Source of the DNA: Alphaproteobacteria bacterium
GTDB lineage: Bacteria; Pseudomonadota; Alphaproteobacteria; RF32; CAG-239
DNA length: 64,000 nt
Assembly (NCBI GenBank): GCA_044432975.1
Contig: JAWXUC010000001.1
Span: 212,604 to 276,603, forward strand
Direction: 5' to 3'
The position numbers were made by a program, and so were the translations under genes. Of this stretch, positions 63,383 to 64,000 are shown piece after piece; the stretch's first letter is position 1; each line of letters starts with the position of its first letter. The notes under the pieces are model-generated. The model had not been told where the DNA came from. It worked only from the letters and a program-made list of their open reading frames with translations, and made no database searches.

Positions 63383-64000
63383 AATAAATTATATTTCAAA
63401 GCATTGGGCAATTGCACCCGATGTTTTACACGATTTATGCAATAGCTTAAAAGATATGAAGCTTAAAGCGTCCTTTTTATCAGAACGCCCAATGGCTAAT
63501 ACAAGAAATGTTCGCATTAAAAACGGCGTTGCCATTATCCCTATTCATGGGGTTATCACAGCAAGGGAAGATATTTTTACTTTTCTTTGCGGTGGCACGG
63601 CTCTTGATGTCTTAATCCGAGATTTTCATAGGGTTTTAGATGATAGCGAAGTTAATGCTATTTTATTTGACATTGACAGTCCAGGGGGTGTGGCAATTGG
63701 CACTTCTGAAATTGCCGAGGCTATTTATAACGCCCGCTCTAAAAAGCCTGTTTATGCTTATGTTGGGCGAAATTGTTGCTCTGCTGCATATTGGCTTGCA
63801 AGTGCCTGCGAAAAAATCATTGCTCATAAATCGGCGTTGGTTGGCAGTATTGGAGTTGTTTCTTCAATATCTGTTCAAGAAAAAGCAGATAAAGACGGGT
63901 TTAAGCATATTGAGGTTTTATCTTCTAATGCAAAAAACAAACGTCCTGATCCAAGAACGCCCGAGGGCTTAACAGAAATCAAAAAAGAATTAGACGCTAT
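63375..64000 (+). CDS. S49-family (SppA/ClpP-like) prohead protease, partial (runs off the window)
   Basis: The frame opened at the ATG at 63375 has no stop through the window end. It reads IIPIHGVITAR...LFDIDSPGGVAIGTSEIAEAI...YVGRNCCSAAYWLASACEKIIAHKSALVGSIGVVS, which is the S49 catalytic Ser region. The track ORF 63640-63972 is in the wrong frame. Confidence 0.8.
   Translation, partial: MNEINYISKHWAIAPDVLHDLCNSLKDMKLKASFLSERPMANTRNVRIKNGVAIIPIHGVITAREDIFTFLCGGTALDVLIRDFHRVLDDSEVNAILFDIDSPGGVAIGTSEIAEAIYNARSKKPVYAYVGRNCCSAAYWLASACEKIIAHKSALVGSIGVVSSISVQEKADKDGFKHIEVLSSNAKNKRPDPRTPEGLTEIKKELDA

Larger units (their letters stand above)
42191..64000 (+). mobile_element. Integrase-associated mobile region: an att-like tRNA fragment, alpA-int, a defence/cargo block and a lambda-like prophage head module; the right end lies outside the window
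   Basis: It holds a tRNA 3' fragment in two copies, a tyrosine integrase, RM and SNF2 cargo, a second AlpA, a ParB-methyltransferase, terS, terL (GpA), gpW, portal and an S49 protease. Confidence 0.7.

Noticed and set aside
63640-63972. The 110-aa ORF listed in the track (MIAKLMLFYL...)
   Set aside because: It is in the wrong frame. The real gene is the S49 protease in the frame opened at 63375, which has no stop to the window end and clear catalytic motifs.

Overview
This is an AT-rich (~31% GC) alphaproteobacterial chromosome segment with Rhizobiales-like gene order; a Liberibacter-like host is a low-confidence guess only. Positions 1-41.9 kb are conserved housekeeping genes: a fliM fragment and fliL, tolB, ruvX, gatCAB, amiC, queA, pgk-gap, a GT2 glycosyltransferase, rlpA, dacC, tmk, holB, a PfkB kinase, tig, tRNA-Leu, a cysteine desulfurase, an XRE regulator, rpoD, exbB-exbD-tonB, the complete atpHAGDC operon, a large acidic repeat protein, valS and an enoyl-CoA hydratase. 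Small palindromic repeats and a few GC-rich structured intergenic segments are interspersed. From ~42.0 kb to the end of the window (and beyond) lies an integrase-associated mobile region. It begins with two direct copies of a tRNA-3'-end-like sequence, an AlpA-like gene and a tyrosine integrase. A cargo block follows: four small ORFs, a Type III-like Mod methyltransferase, an unknown ORF, a GIY-YIG nuclease insertion that duplicates the 5' end of res, a Type III-like Res, and a translationally coupled SNF2-family ATPase plus an HTH protein. A lambda-like prophage module then runs off the window: AlpA, a ParB-methyltransferase fusion preceded by TGGGTTGCCA iterons, small and large (GpA) terminase, gpW, portal and an S49 prohead protease. 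The most interesting candidate is the Mod / Res / SNF2 cassette with its embedded GIY-YIG element. Its composition does not match a canonical Type III RM or a described DISARM or BREX layout as far as I can judge without searches.
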